From the human T2T-CHM13v2.0 reference genome, Homo sapiens: DNA of 64,000 bases. The stretch lies in NCBI RefSeq assembly GCF_009914755.1, contig NC_060931.1, one strand, 5' to 3'. Under the pieces are notes generated by a model. It was not told where the DNA came from, searched no databases, and was given only the letters and a program-made list of their open reading frames with translations. How positions within the stretch are numbered: the stretch's first letter is position 1; every line of letters starts with the position of its first letter. Made by a program: the position numbers and the translations under genes. Shown in pieces: positions 47,908-60,900 of this stretch.

Positions 47908-48084
47908 GTGCGTGCGTGCGTGCGTGTGTGTGTGTGTTCAGCCTCACTGGGAACAGTATCTTGACTTTCACTTGGAAAAGGTAATGGTGGATCCTTGTGT
48001 GTGTGTGCGTGCATGTGTGTTTTGACCAGCCTCACTGGGAACAGTCTCTTGACTCTCATTTGGGGAAAGGTAATGGGGTATCCT
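47908..48084. repeat. Two-copy tandem duplication, period 88 bp: (TG/CG)n plus a ~57-bp unique unit
   Basis: cagcctcactgggaacagt.tcttgact.tca.ttgg...aaaggtaatgg.g.atcct at 47939-47995 and 48027-48084. Confidence 0.92.
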
Positions 48085-50796
48085 CCCCCCACCTCCCAAA
48101 TAGGACAGTTAGCTGCCACACACTTACATGCACATTTTAAAAACTGTGCATTGCGAATGGCAAATATGTATTAGTTCACTCACCTGGTGGGAGGACCAGG
48201 GTTCTTTGAATCCCAGGACTCTTAAGAGGGAAGTTGGCACTGACTACAAAGCCAAAGCTTGGCTAACCCAGCTGCTGCTTCTCCTTTATGTACCATATTT
48301 TGAAGGTTGTTGGTTCTTACACAGAAGCAACTGTTGTCCCCCACACCCAGTGTGGTCACCAGGCCCTCTCAACTCCCATCAGTGCTGAAGTTTGCTGCTG
48401 TGGCATAAAGTGAGCCAATTCCCAGAAACTCCTGCCTATGTAGACTTTTGGCAGAGAGGCTGCATTTGGAGGGCTACCTGGAAGAGAACCCTGCTCAGCC
48501 ACTTACCTGAGTGGGCAGTTAATGGTGAGCAGTGGGAGTGGCAGTTCCCAGGGCTGGTTGTTGCCAGCATGGAGGTCGCAGTCTTTGTGTCAGCCCGAGC
48601 ACACAGCCAGCCTTCTCCGGAGGAGCACTGCCATCTCAGTCTTGTTTCCTGAGCGCCGAGTGGGTTGAGGTCACTATTTTAGATGCCCCTCTCCCAGTAG
48701 CGAGATTTTGTTAGAAACCCAGTGTTGCTGTGTCAGGTAGCTCTGCAGTATGCGGATGCCAGGCCTGGAGAAGGCAGCCAGCTCTCTGTGAAGCTGGTTA
48801 ATTACATGTGAAGCTGCCAGCAGGACAATTGTTTTTTTTCCCATGGATCATTAATAAACCATTCTGGCCTGGCAATTCCATCATCTTCCTCAGCTTTGTC
48901 AGACGGATCTTCCTCCTTTTTAGTATAAAGCTTTAAAAATGGCTGGGAGTGGCAAGAGGGAGGGAAAAGAAGAATCTACTTCCATTTAATGCACATGTTT
49001 TTCCCTAAGCTGAAAAGTGGCTCCCTGCTTTCAGATCATCTTGGCAGCCAGAATACAAAGGGTTCAAGGCTTGCCATGGGTGGGAAGTGGCTCGGCTCCT
49101 AGTATTTGCAGCAAACTACAGACCAGGCCTGATATGGAGACGAGGCAACTAGTGCAGCAGATGGCAAATAGTCCTGCTCCACTGGGGCTCCAGATATGCA
49201 CCATCTTCTTCCTTCAGCCAAGGCAGCCTCATTCCTGCTATGCCTGAGTACAGAAAGCATTTCTGGTTTTTTAGAAACTCCTTTTTTAGGCAAAGATGGA
49301 AGAAGGCAAAGCAAATATTATATGGGAAACTCAATCTAGTTATAGACGTTTCTTTGTCAAACAAACTAAAATAGAGCTTTTCCTTTGTTGGTTAGAAAAA
49401 TTTAGGAATGGAAATCTACATTTCTCCAAAGAGCATTGAGTGCAAAGATAAAAACCAAATTATAAATAGAAGTGAGTATGACCCATTCAGTTTCCAAGGA
49501 CTTGAGCATACAGCCTTCATAATACTGAATTATAGCCTTTCATAGATAGAAGGGATCTAGAGGTTATATAGTCCAATCCAAACATTTCACAGTAAATGAG
49601 AAAACTGAGGCATGAAGAAGTTCATCACTTGATGTGCACTTTCACATGGTAAATTTCATGGTAGAGCCAGTCTCCACATTCCTACTGTATTGCTCTTACC
49701 TTTATCCCCACAGTGCCTCCCAGACAACAGCCTCATCATCCACCTGAAGTACAAGTAATAATTTGAGAATATGACAGTGGCATATAAAAGGGAGTAGGTG
49801 ATGTGATGGAGGCAGACAGAAGAGGTAAGCGGGTGCATTCTCTTTAAATTGTATTATTTTAGTGAGAAAAGGATGGGAGCCTAAGTTAGAGAAGTCATCC
49901 AGGGCTTTGGCCTTCTGTAAGGAAACTCCTCCTAGACAGGGTTGCAAAGATAACTGCACACAGATTGAGAACGTGTGCTAGAGGAGGAGTACAGGTGTCT
50001 GACAGACCTGGAATTTTCCATCGCTTTCCCTGATATGTAGTTGTAGAAAAGCTGCTGTCTATTCGTGCCAAATCCAAGCTTCAGATAAGCCCGGAGGAAA
50101 CCAAGGAGTGCTAAACTCTTACAGGTTGGGGGCTTTTTCTTTCCTTTTTTTTTTTTTTTGGAGGGGGGTTGCATTGTTTTGATTTTTGAATTGAGAGAGT
50201 TGTGGGGAGGTCAAAATGCCCATCCACGATTGCCCTCGAACTCCCTAGGTGGGACTCCAGCTCAAGCACTCTGTTCTGGTCAAGTTGAGGCAGGGCACAG
50301 GGTGGGCCCATGAGTGCCATCCCTTTCCTCTGGTATCCCATGCCCCTGGACCCACTCCCTCTACTCTCCCATGAGGCTGATGCAGGACTCATGCCATGCT
50401 GTCAGGGTCTGGGGGTTTCTCCCACCCTGTAGCAGAGGCAGGTTACCCTTCTTGTTAGCAGTGATGTCTGTTCGTCTTTTAAGGGGTTGTCCAAGTGGGG
50501 GAGGAACAAATCATATTTTCCAGCAATTTAATTTTATTAACTCTGATTTTTTTCCCCTTTTCCAAAGCACAGCTAAATGGAGCTAAACATAGACATGAGG
50601 GCTATATTTAGTCCTGATGGTGTGGTAGAGTAGAGAAGGCACAAACACAGAGGTTTATCTGCTACCTAGTAAATATGGGGAGGTGTCAGGACTGTAGAAT
50701 TCAATAGTAATAATAAGCATTTTTATGGTGCAATGACAGCTTTGATACAGGGCATAATTTTCTCAGGATTGCTATTAATTGTGCTTCTGCCTATGA

Positions 50797-50812
50797 GCGG
50801 CCCCCTGGTGAG
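50797..50812 (-). promoter_or_regulatory. Candidate CTCF motif
   Basis: The minus strand reads ctcaccagggggccgc, close to the CCACCAGGGGGCGC core. Motif match only. Confidence 0.4.
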
Positions 50813-51141
50813 GGGCTTGGAACACCACACAAGTTAAGCTATATTAAACATCAATTAAAACAGCATAAAATAGAAACTGAATAAAATATGCAAAGGTCAG
50901 AGTGGCTGTGAACATGCAGACAAGGTACTGGGGAAAGAAGGGTTAGGGCCTGGTGAGCCTGGTGCACTGGCGGATTCATACTCCCAGCTGCTGTTAGCTT
51001 CTTTGGAGCCCAGGTTTAGTAGGTTTGTTGGAGAGTGAATTATGGGACCCTCTAGCTTTTCCAAGTTCAATTATCCTCAAAGGGGTTTCGGAAACTACTC
51101 ATTGCAGGCAGCAAGAGATGGAAAAAGACAACCAGATTCTA

Positions 51142-51338
51142 CCAGTGCTGTCCAACAGAACTTTCTATGTTGGTGGAAATGTCCTTTGTCTCTGCTGTCC
51201 AGTACAGTAGCCACGTAATGGATATTGAGCACTTGAAATATGGTTTATACAACTGATTAATAGAATCTTTATAAAATTTAAATAATTTCAAGGTAAATAG
51301 CCACATGGGGCTAGTGGCCACCTTATTAGACAGCATAG
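51142..51338. mobile_element. MER3 (hAT-Charlie MITE)
   Basis: Termini cagtgctgtccaacagaactttct and gtggccaccttattagacagca. Confidence 0.85.
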
Positions 51339-53249
51339 GACTCTAGACAAGTCCCCTGCACATTGTGCATTCTGGCAATGTTAGGTTTGCATTGTGTTCT
51401 TCTGAAAAAGTCTGCACCTTCCCCCATGCCAGTGAGTGTGTTTTCTCAATAACTTTTTTTTTTTTTTTGACCCTTATCTCTCATGCTCTTGACACAAACT
51501 TCCACATTTTTTCATAAGGGTCACACACGATGCCAAGAAATGAGAAAGGAGTCAATGCCGGATCAAGTCAGACAACCTTGTCCTTATCCTTGCCTCCTTT
51601 TCTCCTGAGAGCCCCTAGTCAATCTAATACCAAGTGTTTCCCACTCCCAGAGAGAAAAGAAGGGAATGGCTTTGGATCTCTGGCTAAAGATCACAGACTG
51701 CGGAGTCGTCACTGTTCCCACTGAACATCTGATTAAGTTGCTGAGTCTGACCCTTGAGTTTCCCAGAACTTGCCAAGATTCAGAATTCCCAGATCATCCA
51801 GGCAGCACGCTCCTGACAGTCTTTGGTCCTTTTGGCACCTGAACTGAAAATCCCTTTTCCCATAGCTCTTTCAACACTTGTTGAATGCTTATAATGAATC
51901 CATTCATTAGGATGACACAGTATAGTGGAACAAAGCACTACACCTGTAATCAGAAATCCCATGTTTAAGTCCTGACTCTTCCATTTACTATCTCTGTGAC
52001 CTTGACAAAATCATTTCACCTCCCTGAGGCTTCATCTTCCCCAATAAAAATGAGTGTTTTGGACTAAATGACCTGTGGGTACTAAGAGGATGAAGAAAAG
52101 AGAGCCAGAGAAAGAGGCCCTTATTGCAAAGCCTGTCTTCCACATAGCCTCCCCCTTCTGATGTCAGCCTGCATTTAAAGCAGCCCTTTCCTGAGGCCAC
52201 GGAGAGGCTTCCAGTGAGTCTAGTTACCACTCACCCCACCCACAGGTTGTTCAGCACCAGAGACACCATGAGCCAGACTGCATGGCATTACTGCCTCTGG
52301 TGGTTATTGTACTCATGTGAACCTCAGGGAAGTCAAGACTGGTCCCCTATTACTTTGGCATCCTCAGAGATGCCGTAAGAAGGCAAGAGGTTCCTTGGCT
52401 TAGGCAGTGGGTCCATAAAGCAAGAGGGGTTTTGTAGTTACCTGAAGTATGCAGATCTCCATGCTGGCTCAAGGGCTGTTTGCCAGCCTTCCTTTACCCA
52501 GTAGTCACTAGTCACTGCTCCAAGGATTGGCCCCAGCCCCCCAGAGCCCCTGTGGAGCCGCCAACACTGCACAGCTCACAAAGGGCCCTGTAGCATCTCT
52601 AACTGAGGAGCTGGTGAGCGGACGCCCTCAGCAGAGGTATTTTTAGCTACAATGATACAGCCTCATCTTTTTGCAGGACGTTTTGTTTAGTTATTTTTTT
52701 AATGAAATAAATAAGTAAAATTGAAGACTGTGGTACTTACACCCCAGTGCCAACACCCAAGAAGTTTTGGCGCACACTGTCCCCCCCACCCCCAAACACA
52801 CACACCACAGGCCTATATAATTAATCCTCTCTAAAACCAGGTGCTGAGGCTCAGAGTTTGCCAGAATATTAGGCCACAGAGACAGTGTGTACAGAAGCAA
52901 GAAGAGCTAGAAATAGAGTGGAGGAATGATGCAGACTGGCCCAGTGCAGAGGTGCTTGAGGGCCCTGTGAGCTGCCCAGGCAGCTGGTAACTACCCTGGT
53001 TCCTGGTGTTCAGACCTTTGATGGATTTGGTGGCTCAAGTGAGTGGGCCTCAACTCCTGGGGAGAGAGTGCCCTTGTAGTATACAAAGGATTCAGTTCTA
53101 TGCCTTGCTGACATTTTAATGCTTTTGTTTTCCTTCTCTTCATCCTGTCTGGCATGTCACGTTTTCCTTGGCTCTTTTATTGTGTAACATGTGATCAGGG
53201 GCTAAAGGACATTCGCAGAGCTTGCTTCAGATCCCAGAGCAGGATCAGG

Positions 53250-53760
53250 GTAGTGGTTCTTACCCCAGCTGCACATTGGAATCATGGAGTATGGAGGCTT
53301 AGGAAAGCTACTAATGCCTGGGCCTCCCTCCAAAGATTCTGGCTTCATCAAGCACCAGCTTTTTAACTTCCCCAGATTTATTAGTTGATACCAAGGAATA
53401 ACTTTGATAATTTTGGTAGGCATAATAATGGCATTGTGGTTATGTAAGAAAATGAACATATTTTTTAGAGATACATATTAAATGAAGTGTTTAAGGTTGA
53501 AAATGGCATCATGTCTGGGATATACTTTAAAATGCTTCCACAAAGAAAAGGGGGATAGAGATGAAGCAAATATGACAACTTTGGTAGTTGTTGGATCTGG
53601 ATGGTGGTTATATGGAAGTTCATTAGTATCCTATTTTCAGTATTTTGAATTTTTCACATCAGAAAAGGGTTTTAAATATATACATACATTTTATATAAAT
53701 ATATATTAATGTTGAAGCTCCCCAGGCAATTTTAATGTAGAACTAAGATTGAGAACCACT
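53250..53760. mobile_element. MER5A-like MITE interrupted by an old L1M 3' fragment (~53370-53710)
   Basis: agtggttctta...gcacattggaatca at the left and aagctccccaggcaattttaatgtag...ttgagaaccact at the right. The insert contains aatggcattgtggttatgtaagaaaatg. Confidence 0.7.
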
Positions 53761-54939
53761 AGTTAGTTTAGGGGATTAAATTTGGATCACCATGCCCTAA
53801 AAGATGTGTTTTGTCTTTGGACTTTGTCTAACCTAAGCCTGATTTTTCTGGATAAGTTTTCATGAGTAATCTGGACTCTTGGTAGGTGGGGGACAGGATG
53901 GCACAAAGATCAAATTAGACCTGTATCTGGAATCTGACTTCAGGAGCGTACAACTAGACAATATTGTCTCTTCCACTGGATGAACTCACTGTAACCGCCC
54001 TGAGAGCTATTATACCTTGGAGTTTACCTGCCTCATCACTTGCCAGCACTGCATGTCCCATCCTATGGACCTCTCTGGCTACACCAGGGCAATGGAAGAC
54101 AGCTGCAGCTGCATTGTAACACATGCCACAAGAAAGCCCCAGTCCCTTAAGAGTGCTCAGCAGTTTGCCAAGCGGTATTTGCCTAAAGCTGGGGCAAGAG
54201 GACTGAAACTTGTACCTCCCCCCATTCCCAGGAGTCCACATGCCCTCAGCTCTGCATCCGTATGTGTATGAGGCCTCTTTTGTGTCTTCAGTGCCTATTC
54301 CAACTCCCAAGCACTATTTTGCTCTGGCTGGTCAGCAAGTGGGACGAGCAGCAGCTTGCTGCAGCCAACCTAAATGGAGCTCTGGAGCTCAGGCTGGAAG
54401 CTTCCATGCTACATTTACATACCACATCCTTGCTCAGGACCCTAGCTGAGCACCTTTTCATTCAGGGGTAGGCTGCTAGTTCTTCTTTCTTGGGGGGTTT
54501 TGTGATTTACACCTAAACATTAAGCTATGAATAGTTTATGTTTTGCTAAGCAATACCGAAGCAGAGGAAGCGTTATGGACTGCCCAGGTCACTCAGCCAG
54601 CCCAAAGGTTCGCATGACACCCTCCCTTCCCATTGCCCCTGGACCCCTGAGACAGCCCTTTCCGCCAGTGCCTGCCAGTGCACAAGTCACCCCCTGCACC
54701 TCTGTAGAAGGGCCTGGCTCATCTTTGTTTTCCTCACACAGTCAGAGTCAGCGTTGGTCCCACACTGTCCAGTGCTACATCCAGACTCCAAATGAGGGGG
54801 TTGCTTCCTCAGCCCAGTCCTAAGAACAAGCCTACTGTGTGGCCTCATCTGTGTTTCTTCATGGGACTCTGGACAGGAGGAGGCAGGGGCTTCTCCTGAC
54901 TCTGGATCACTCTCCAGAGTGCTCCCCCTTTATATACCT

Positions 54940-55100
54940 CCACCTTCCCACTCTTAGACCACATTGTCATTGTGTCCGCCCAAGTGCTGAGTGCCTTGAG
55001 GGCAAGGACCAAGTCTTTCATCTCCATCGTTCCCCAGCACCTGGCAGGGTGCGGATCACTATACTGGTTCTAAATAAGCAAACTAATGAATATGTGAATC
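54940..55100 (+). mobile_element. L2 3' end remnant
   Basis: ccttgagggcaaggacca...tccccagcacctggca...aatgaatatgtgaat. Confidence 0.65.
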
Positions 55101-55214
55101 ACCGAAGGGCTATGGCAGGGAATGCCTTTACACTAAGGGTCGGAATCCTCAGATTTAAAAATTAGTTTCTCAGTCATTTGGAATTATGAACCTAAACTGT
55201 GAGATGATCTAGAG

Positions 55215-55485
55215 CAGCAGTCCCCAACCTTTTTGGCACTAGGGATCAGTTTCATGGAAGACAATTTTTCCATGGACTGGTCGGGTGAGGCAATGGTTTG
55301 GGGATGAAACTGTTACACCTCAGATCATCAGGCATTAGATTCGCATAAGGAGCACACAACCTAGATCCCTCGCATGTGCAGTTCACTATAGGGTTCAAGC
55401 TCCTATGAGACTGTAATGCCACTGCTGCTGATCTCACATGAGGCGGAGCCCTGGCAGTAATGCTCCCCGCCTACCACTCACCTCC
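55215..55485. mobile_element. MER1B (hAT-Charlie), right end truncated
   Basis: cagcagtccccaacctttttggcac...cctcagatcatcaggcattagattc...aacctagatccctcgcatg. Confidence 0.85.
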
Positions 55486-57825
55486 TTAGGCAGGGCTCTA
55501 GATCAGGGGAGACCTCGGCCTAAGTTTGCTTGTAGAGCAGCCTGTGACTGATGAGGGACAGCCTGTAGCTGGTAATGGCTAGAGAGAAATAACCTATTTG
55601 ATATTCTTACTACTTGCCTTTGGAATAAAGGGTAATCTCTCTGTGCCTTGGTTTCTCCCACTTGATATTCACAGGTCTCTGAGCAGTCTATCCTCTCTCC
55701 TTCCTTGCCTGGGGCTCTGAGGAGAGTGACCTGCTTGTAGGAGGGTTTCCCTATGTTTTTCCAGGGCAGTCAGTCAATTAACACCTGGCCACTTCTTTTG
55801 GAAGTTACTCCTCCTGAACCTGAATGAAACTTCAGGAACAGTCACTCAGCTTAAGCACAACCATGTACAACAAGCGCTTCTGGAGTCAGTGGCAGTACTG
55901 TCCTGTCTATCAGAAACCTGTCTGATCAGTAAGTCTTCTTGCCTCCCTTTTGAGTCTAGAGGCTGTCATCCTGGGTATACCTTTGAATCTCCTGGATGTT
56001 TTTTAAAGCATTGAAGGAAGTCCTGTCACCACCCCTAGAGATTGCAAGGTATTTGATATAGCATCTAGATTTGATCTACACTGGTATTTTTAACAGCAAC
56101 AGTGCTGATAATACGAGCCTGGCGCTGAGAAGCACTGTCTCCAAGAGTCCTCACTAGAAGGAGCTGGAGTGGCACTTGTCCCCCGAACAGTCCACTGCTG
56201 GCCTCCCTTTCCCAAAGGCGGGTGGGAAGGCAGAGCACTTGTGTCGTCCTCCTTAGCTAGTTCTGAGACAGGACTCCCATATTGCGCAGTTGGTGGTGCA
56301 GCTTCCCACCCACCCACAGGCCCACATACACATGCACACAAAGCCCACTGCTTCTTAACTTTGGGCAGATCTGTGGAGGGGAGATAGATCTATCTGTGGA
56401 TCAAGATTCAGTTTTGCTTTGGCGGGCAGTTGTGAGAGAGAACAGTCCACAGCTGTGTCTGCAATTTGTTACCAGAGATGAAGATTTTTTTTAAATTCTA
56501 GCTCAAAGAATGCTTCCCTGTATCCATCCCACCAGCTCCCAAGCATCACATCCCACCCATTGGTAGCAGAAGAGCCTGCCTTAGCAGTGAGAGGCAAGGC
56601 CAGACACCAGTTGAAATCCCAGACAGCTTCCTACCCTCCCTCTATATCTTGTCAGATATTTCAAGCTTTAAGTCCTTATTCGTGCTCTGCCTACTTGGCT
56701 GGCTGTTCTTGCACTTGAGCGGCTTGTTTGCCTGGACAGGTCCAAGCTGTCTGAGCCATCAGCAGCTGCACCTCCTCCCTCGCGCCTTCTGTCTGAGCCA
56801 ACCTTGATTCACAGTAGTGCAGATGGCCCCAGCCATACCCAGGGATGTCTGCCACTCCCATCCCCTCTCCTGCCCTGCTTTCCCAAGATGAAGGGGCTGG
56901 GTCAGGCCTTGCCCGCAGGTCAACGTGGGGCTAAAATGAAGACCGCTCTTAGTTCATGTTCTGGCATATTAATCAGGGTGACATGATAAAAAGAATTTAT
57001 CTGAAACTCATAGAACAGGGCAAGGTTTAAGTTCATATTTTGCAGAAAACACTTTCCAGCCTTCATCAGCGCTAATCTGTTTTTGAAAATGGCCTTAATC
57101 CCACCCACTTTGCTCCCTAAGTATTTATAGGAGCTGAGAGTCAAAAAAGCACATGTCAGAAATCACCTTTCTTCCTTTTCCTACCCTTACCTCATTTTAA
57201 TATAGACTTTGGCAACTTCTCAAAGTACAATGCTCAGTTTTTCAGTCTGGTTCAAGGTGCTTAAAGGTAGTGCCCTGTAATACACCATTATAATCAATTA
57301 GTTTCCCTTCTCCTTGTCCCTTTCCAACAGAAATGAAATGATTGGTAACAAGTATGAGAGGGGTCATGGGTGACCTTGTTCAAGAGAAAGATATGGCTGC
57401 AGCAGCCCCAGGACACCACTCTGCCTTTCCCCATTGCTGGCTTCTTGGTGAGCAGCAGAAATTTGGAGCTGTACAGGAATCAGATGTCCCACCTAGCAGG
57501 CTCTGCCGGAGCCAGACATAGCCATCCACTCTGGCAGCAGCCTATCGAAGGGAGAGAATCCTGGGGCAGCAGCCTACCATGCTGCCCCTTCCACTTTAGA
57601 TAGGGCCATGCAATGTAAATACATTATTTGTATTTACATTTGGGTCATCTGCAAACCAAAGCGATCTCAGCAGCTGCTGGAATGCCATTGGTACAGCCAT
57701 ACCAACATTTATATTATTCACCCTGATGTCTAGATTGCTATTACTGACATTATTTTAAGGCTTTTTCTCCCTTAAGAGAAAGCTCTTCCAGCCCTAGGCT
57801 GCTTAAATAGGGAGGAACAACTTCC

Positions 57826-57961
57826 TTTTTTTTTTTTTTTTTTTAAGAGACAGAGTCTTGCTACGTTGCCCAGGCTGGTCTCAAACTCTTGGATTCAAGA
57901 GTTCCTCCCTCCTCAGCCTCCCTAGTAGCTAGGACTATAGATGTGCACCACCCTGCCCAAC
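57826..57961 (-). mobile_element. FLAM_A-like Alu monomer
   Basis: T tract plus a single monomer containing gttgcccaggctggtctcaaactc and agtagctaggacta. Confidence 0.8.
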
Positions 57962-60900
57962 AAACCTTTTTTTTCAATTGAGGAATATTAGGATTGAGAT
58001 ATATTATGGACTTTCTATACAACTTGGGGTGTTTTCTTCAGGATAAGTATATTTTTAATCTTTAATAATGATAAAATACTTTACTGGCACCTAAGGAACA
58101 ATAAAATACTGACTAAGAGGCCTGAAGAGGCATCTGCTCCTATCTCTAGAATTTGAAACCAGTCGTTTGGTGAGCTCTCATGCTGGAGTGGGCATGGGGC
58201 CGTGTGGGTGGCAGAAAATCAAGGGGTCTCATTCCACTGAAATGTCATGGTTACCTCAGCCTATGGCTGGTGTTTGCCCTCTTCTCTCCAATTCGGTAAG
58301 GAAGAAAGCTCCTTTACCAAAGCGTAGAGTACCTGGGCAGAACACCCAGGAACCTTTTTCTTTCTCTAAAGTCACATGATAGATCTCACCACAGCAGTCA
58401 ATTTCTTGTTCTTCCTAACTGCCCCTACCCTCCTTGTGTAGATTACATGTCTTTTTCTCTTCCTGTTACAATTGTTACTTAACCTCTTAACCATAGGAAA
58501 CTTGCTTTCTTGGATCCATTATTTTCTTGTGTCTGACCAAATCTTAGTGATCTGCCTGCTTTTGTTTTTGATCCAGAAATTCTAGTCATTTGGAAGTACT
58601 GGACAGAGGGTCAGCTATAGGCATAGGCCAGGTTCTTGAGGTATAGGTCCCAAGGACCTGAACTGACAATATTTGTCTTAGTCCTTAAAGTAACCATCAG
58701 ATTCACTGCCAGAAACTTTAGCCAGCAACAAAATGTGGCAGATACACTACCACCCCCACACCCCCTGTTATGTCAGAGAACATCCCTGAAGCTGCTCAGC
58801 ACAGTGTAGAGGGGACAGCAGAGCTCCAAGAGGGATCCTGCTTTCCTCATCCTGCAGTGAGGTGTGATTCAGAAGAGCACACAGCACGCCAGAGCCTTGG
58901 AGGTTAGGGTAGGGAGGTTCTTCCCCCTGTTCTCATGTGGCTTACCTGCAAACCTGCCTAGATGGGGACTTACAGAGGGCTATCATCACCCCAGAGTGCT
59001 TGGACTGCTCAGATCAACTAGGTAGCTGCTTGCTACCAGGATGTCCAGGACATGAGGGGGCTACGTAAGTACAACTATTAATCACCCAGGAAGATGTTTT
59101 CCTGTTGTCCCAGTACAGGGCCACCTCTCAGGCTCCATGTGTCGCATTCACTGAAGTTTTAGACATGAGAGGTGGCTCTGTTCTCTCTGGGGGACAAGTC
59201 AGGAAAAGATTGCCTAGCTGACTCTTCCCTGGTCTCAGTTCCGAATGAAAAGCCTGCCATGCGGCCTTCAGCATCTGCTACTCCCCGTGCCACACCTGAT
59301 CCCATCTCAAGTCATTTCACACCAGCAGAGGGAAGCCCTGTTCCAACTCCAGCAGCAGCACCACTCGGGGAGGGGGGGCAAACTCTTTACCCTTGTGGTA
59401 TTTTGTAAACTGCAGCAGCGAAGCCTGAACTTCCAGGAGGGAAATGAAATGACCTTGGCAGGTAACAGGTTCAGGACAGCCAGCATTTGTCTTGGTTGTT
59501 GGTTTCCACATGTTAAATGCTTCTAGTTGCTCCTGACCTTCCTTGCCTGCCTTTGTTGGTCAAGTCCTATAGGCACTGTGGCATTTGTGCAGGGAGCAGG
59601 GGAGAGGAAGCTTTTCTGCTTTACTCTGGCACCTGACAAGGGCTCTCTATCCAGCATTGGCATTGCCAGTGGGGAACTGCTGAAGTAGCACTCTAGAGTA
59701 TCACCCGGGAGACCCCTCTGTCTCCTGCCAAGCTAAACAAACCCTGCCCATGCACTCTTCTGAATCACACCTCACTGCAGCTTTGTTCCTTCTTCCCCAG
59801 TACTGCTCAGGGCACCGCCTTATGGGAAAGTCCTGTGTGTCAGCAAAAGAAGCACTTGAGGAGAAACAAATTGATATAGGAAGGGGGAGTGCCACCCAGT
59901 CATCTTTTAAGTACAAAGAAAGGTCATCGGAGCTGTATGGGGTCCAGGTTGGATTATTGTTGACTCTGCCTTGCTGTGGCAAAAGGGCCAGCTCTCTGGG
60001 TCCAACCTTGGGCATTGCCAACCCCATCCAGCTGCTGACAGCCCAGCACAAAGAAAACACATGCTGTGTACACACAGATGGGTTTGCATGTCAGCATGAG
60101 CCCATTTTTAGCCTTTGGCCAGGAAGGGCAGTTCACAACACAGTAATTTAATTAAATTTGCCTCCCTCCGTGGCCCACATATTTGAAGAGGTTTGGGGGG
60201 AAATGAATCTGGCTGAGGAACATTACCCTGCCGCTCTGGCACTGCCCCAGAGCCAAGCCACTGTACCATAAAGGGTCTCACCATCCTGAATACGACCCAG
60301 GACATCTGTCTGCACTGCAGGCTCTCTGGCCGGGCTGCCTGCTGGCACATCTGGCAAGGCAGCCTCTGGAAGCAGTCCGTCTCTATCACAGGCAAGCCAC
60401 CAGGGGCAAAATAAGGGACTCCCTACCCCCTACTCAAGACCTGCTGGCAACAACTTTAGCAGTAACTCACAATATTAGCTTTCATCACAGATTTCAGTGT
60501 ATTTAGAGTGGAGAGGACAGAATAAGAGAACCCTCTACCCTCAACTAACATTGAAGCCTCAATAACAGCTATGATCCTAACTTCATTGCTGTTAAGGCCA
60601 CATACCTGTACTTCTGTCCTGGAAATGACCAGTATTTAGGGACCTGAAATTGAATCCCTTACCCTTACTTCCCATGAACTTATTACCACATTTCACATCT
60701 CAAATGTCCATCAGTTTTGTCCATTATGTCTGAGCTTAACCCACACTCCAAACTCCAAAGACCTGCCCCCCTCCCCACCTCAGCCAGCTAGTTCCTCCTT
60801 GAACTGAGTTCATCAACTCATCAGGAGGCCACTTCTCCTGTGGTCACCCCCTGGTCCAGAGAATCTGCCCATGATGGGTAGTCCTTTCTTATTGCTAACC

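Noticed and set aside
56367-56400. Palindrome agatagatctatct and repeated atctgtgga
   Set aside because: Too short to distinguish from a trivial local duplication or chance.
60395-60410. CTCF-like gccaccaggggcaa
   Set aside because: One G short of the core spacing, so a weak match.
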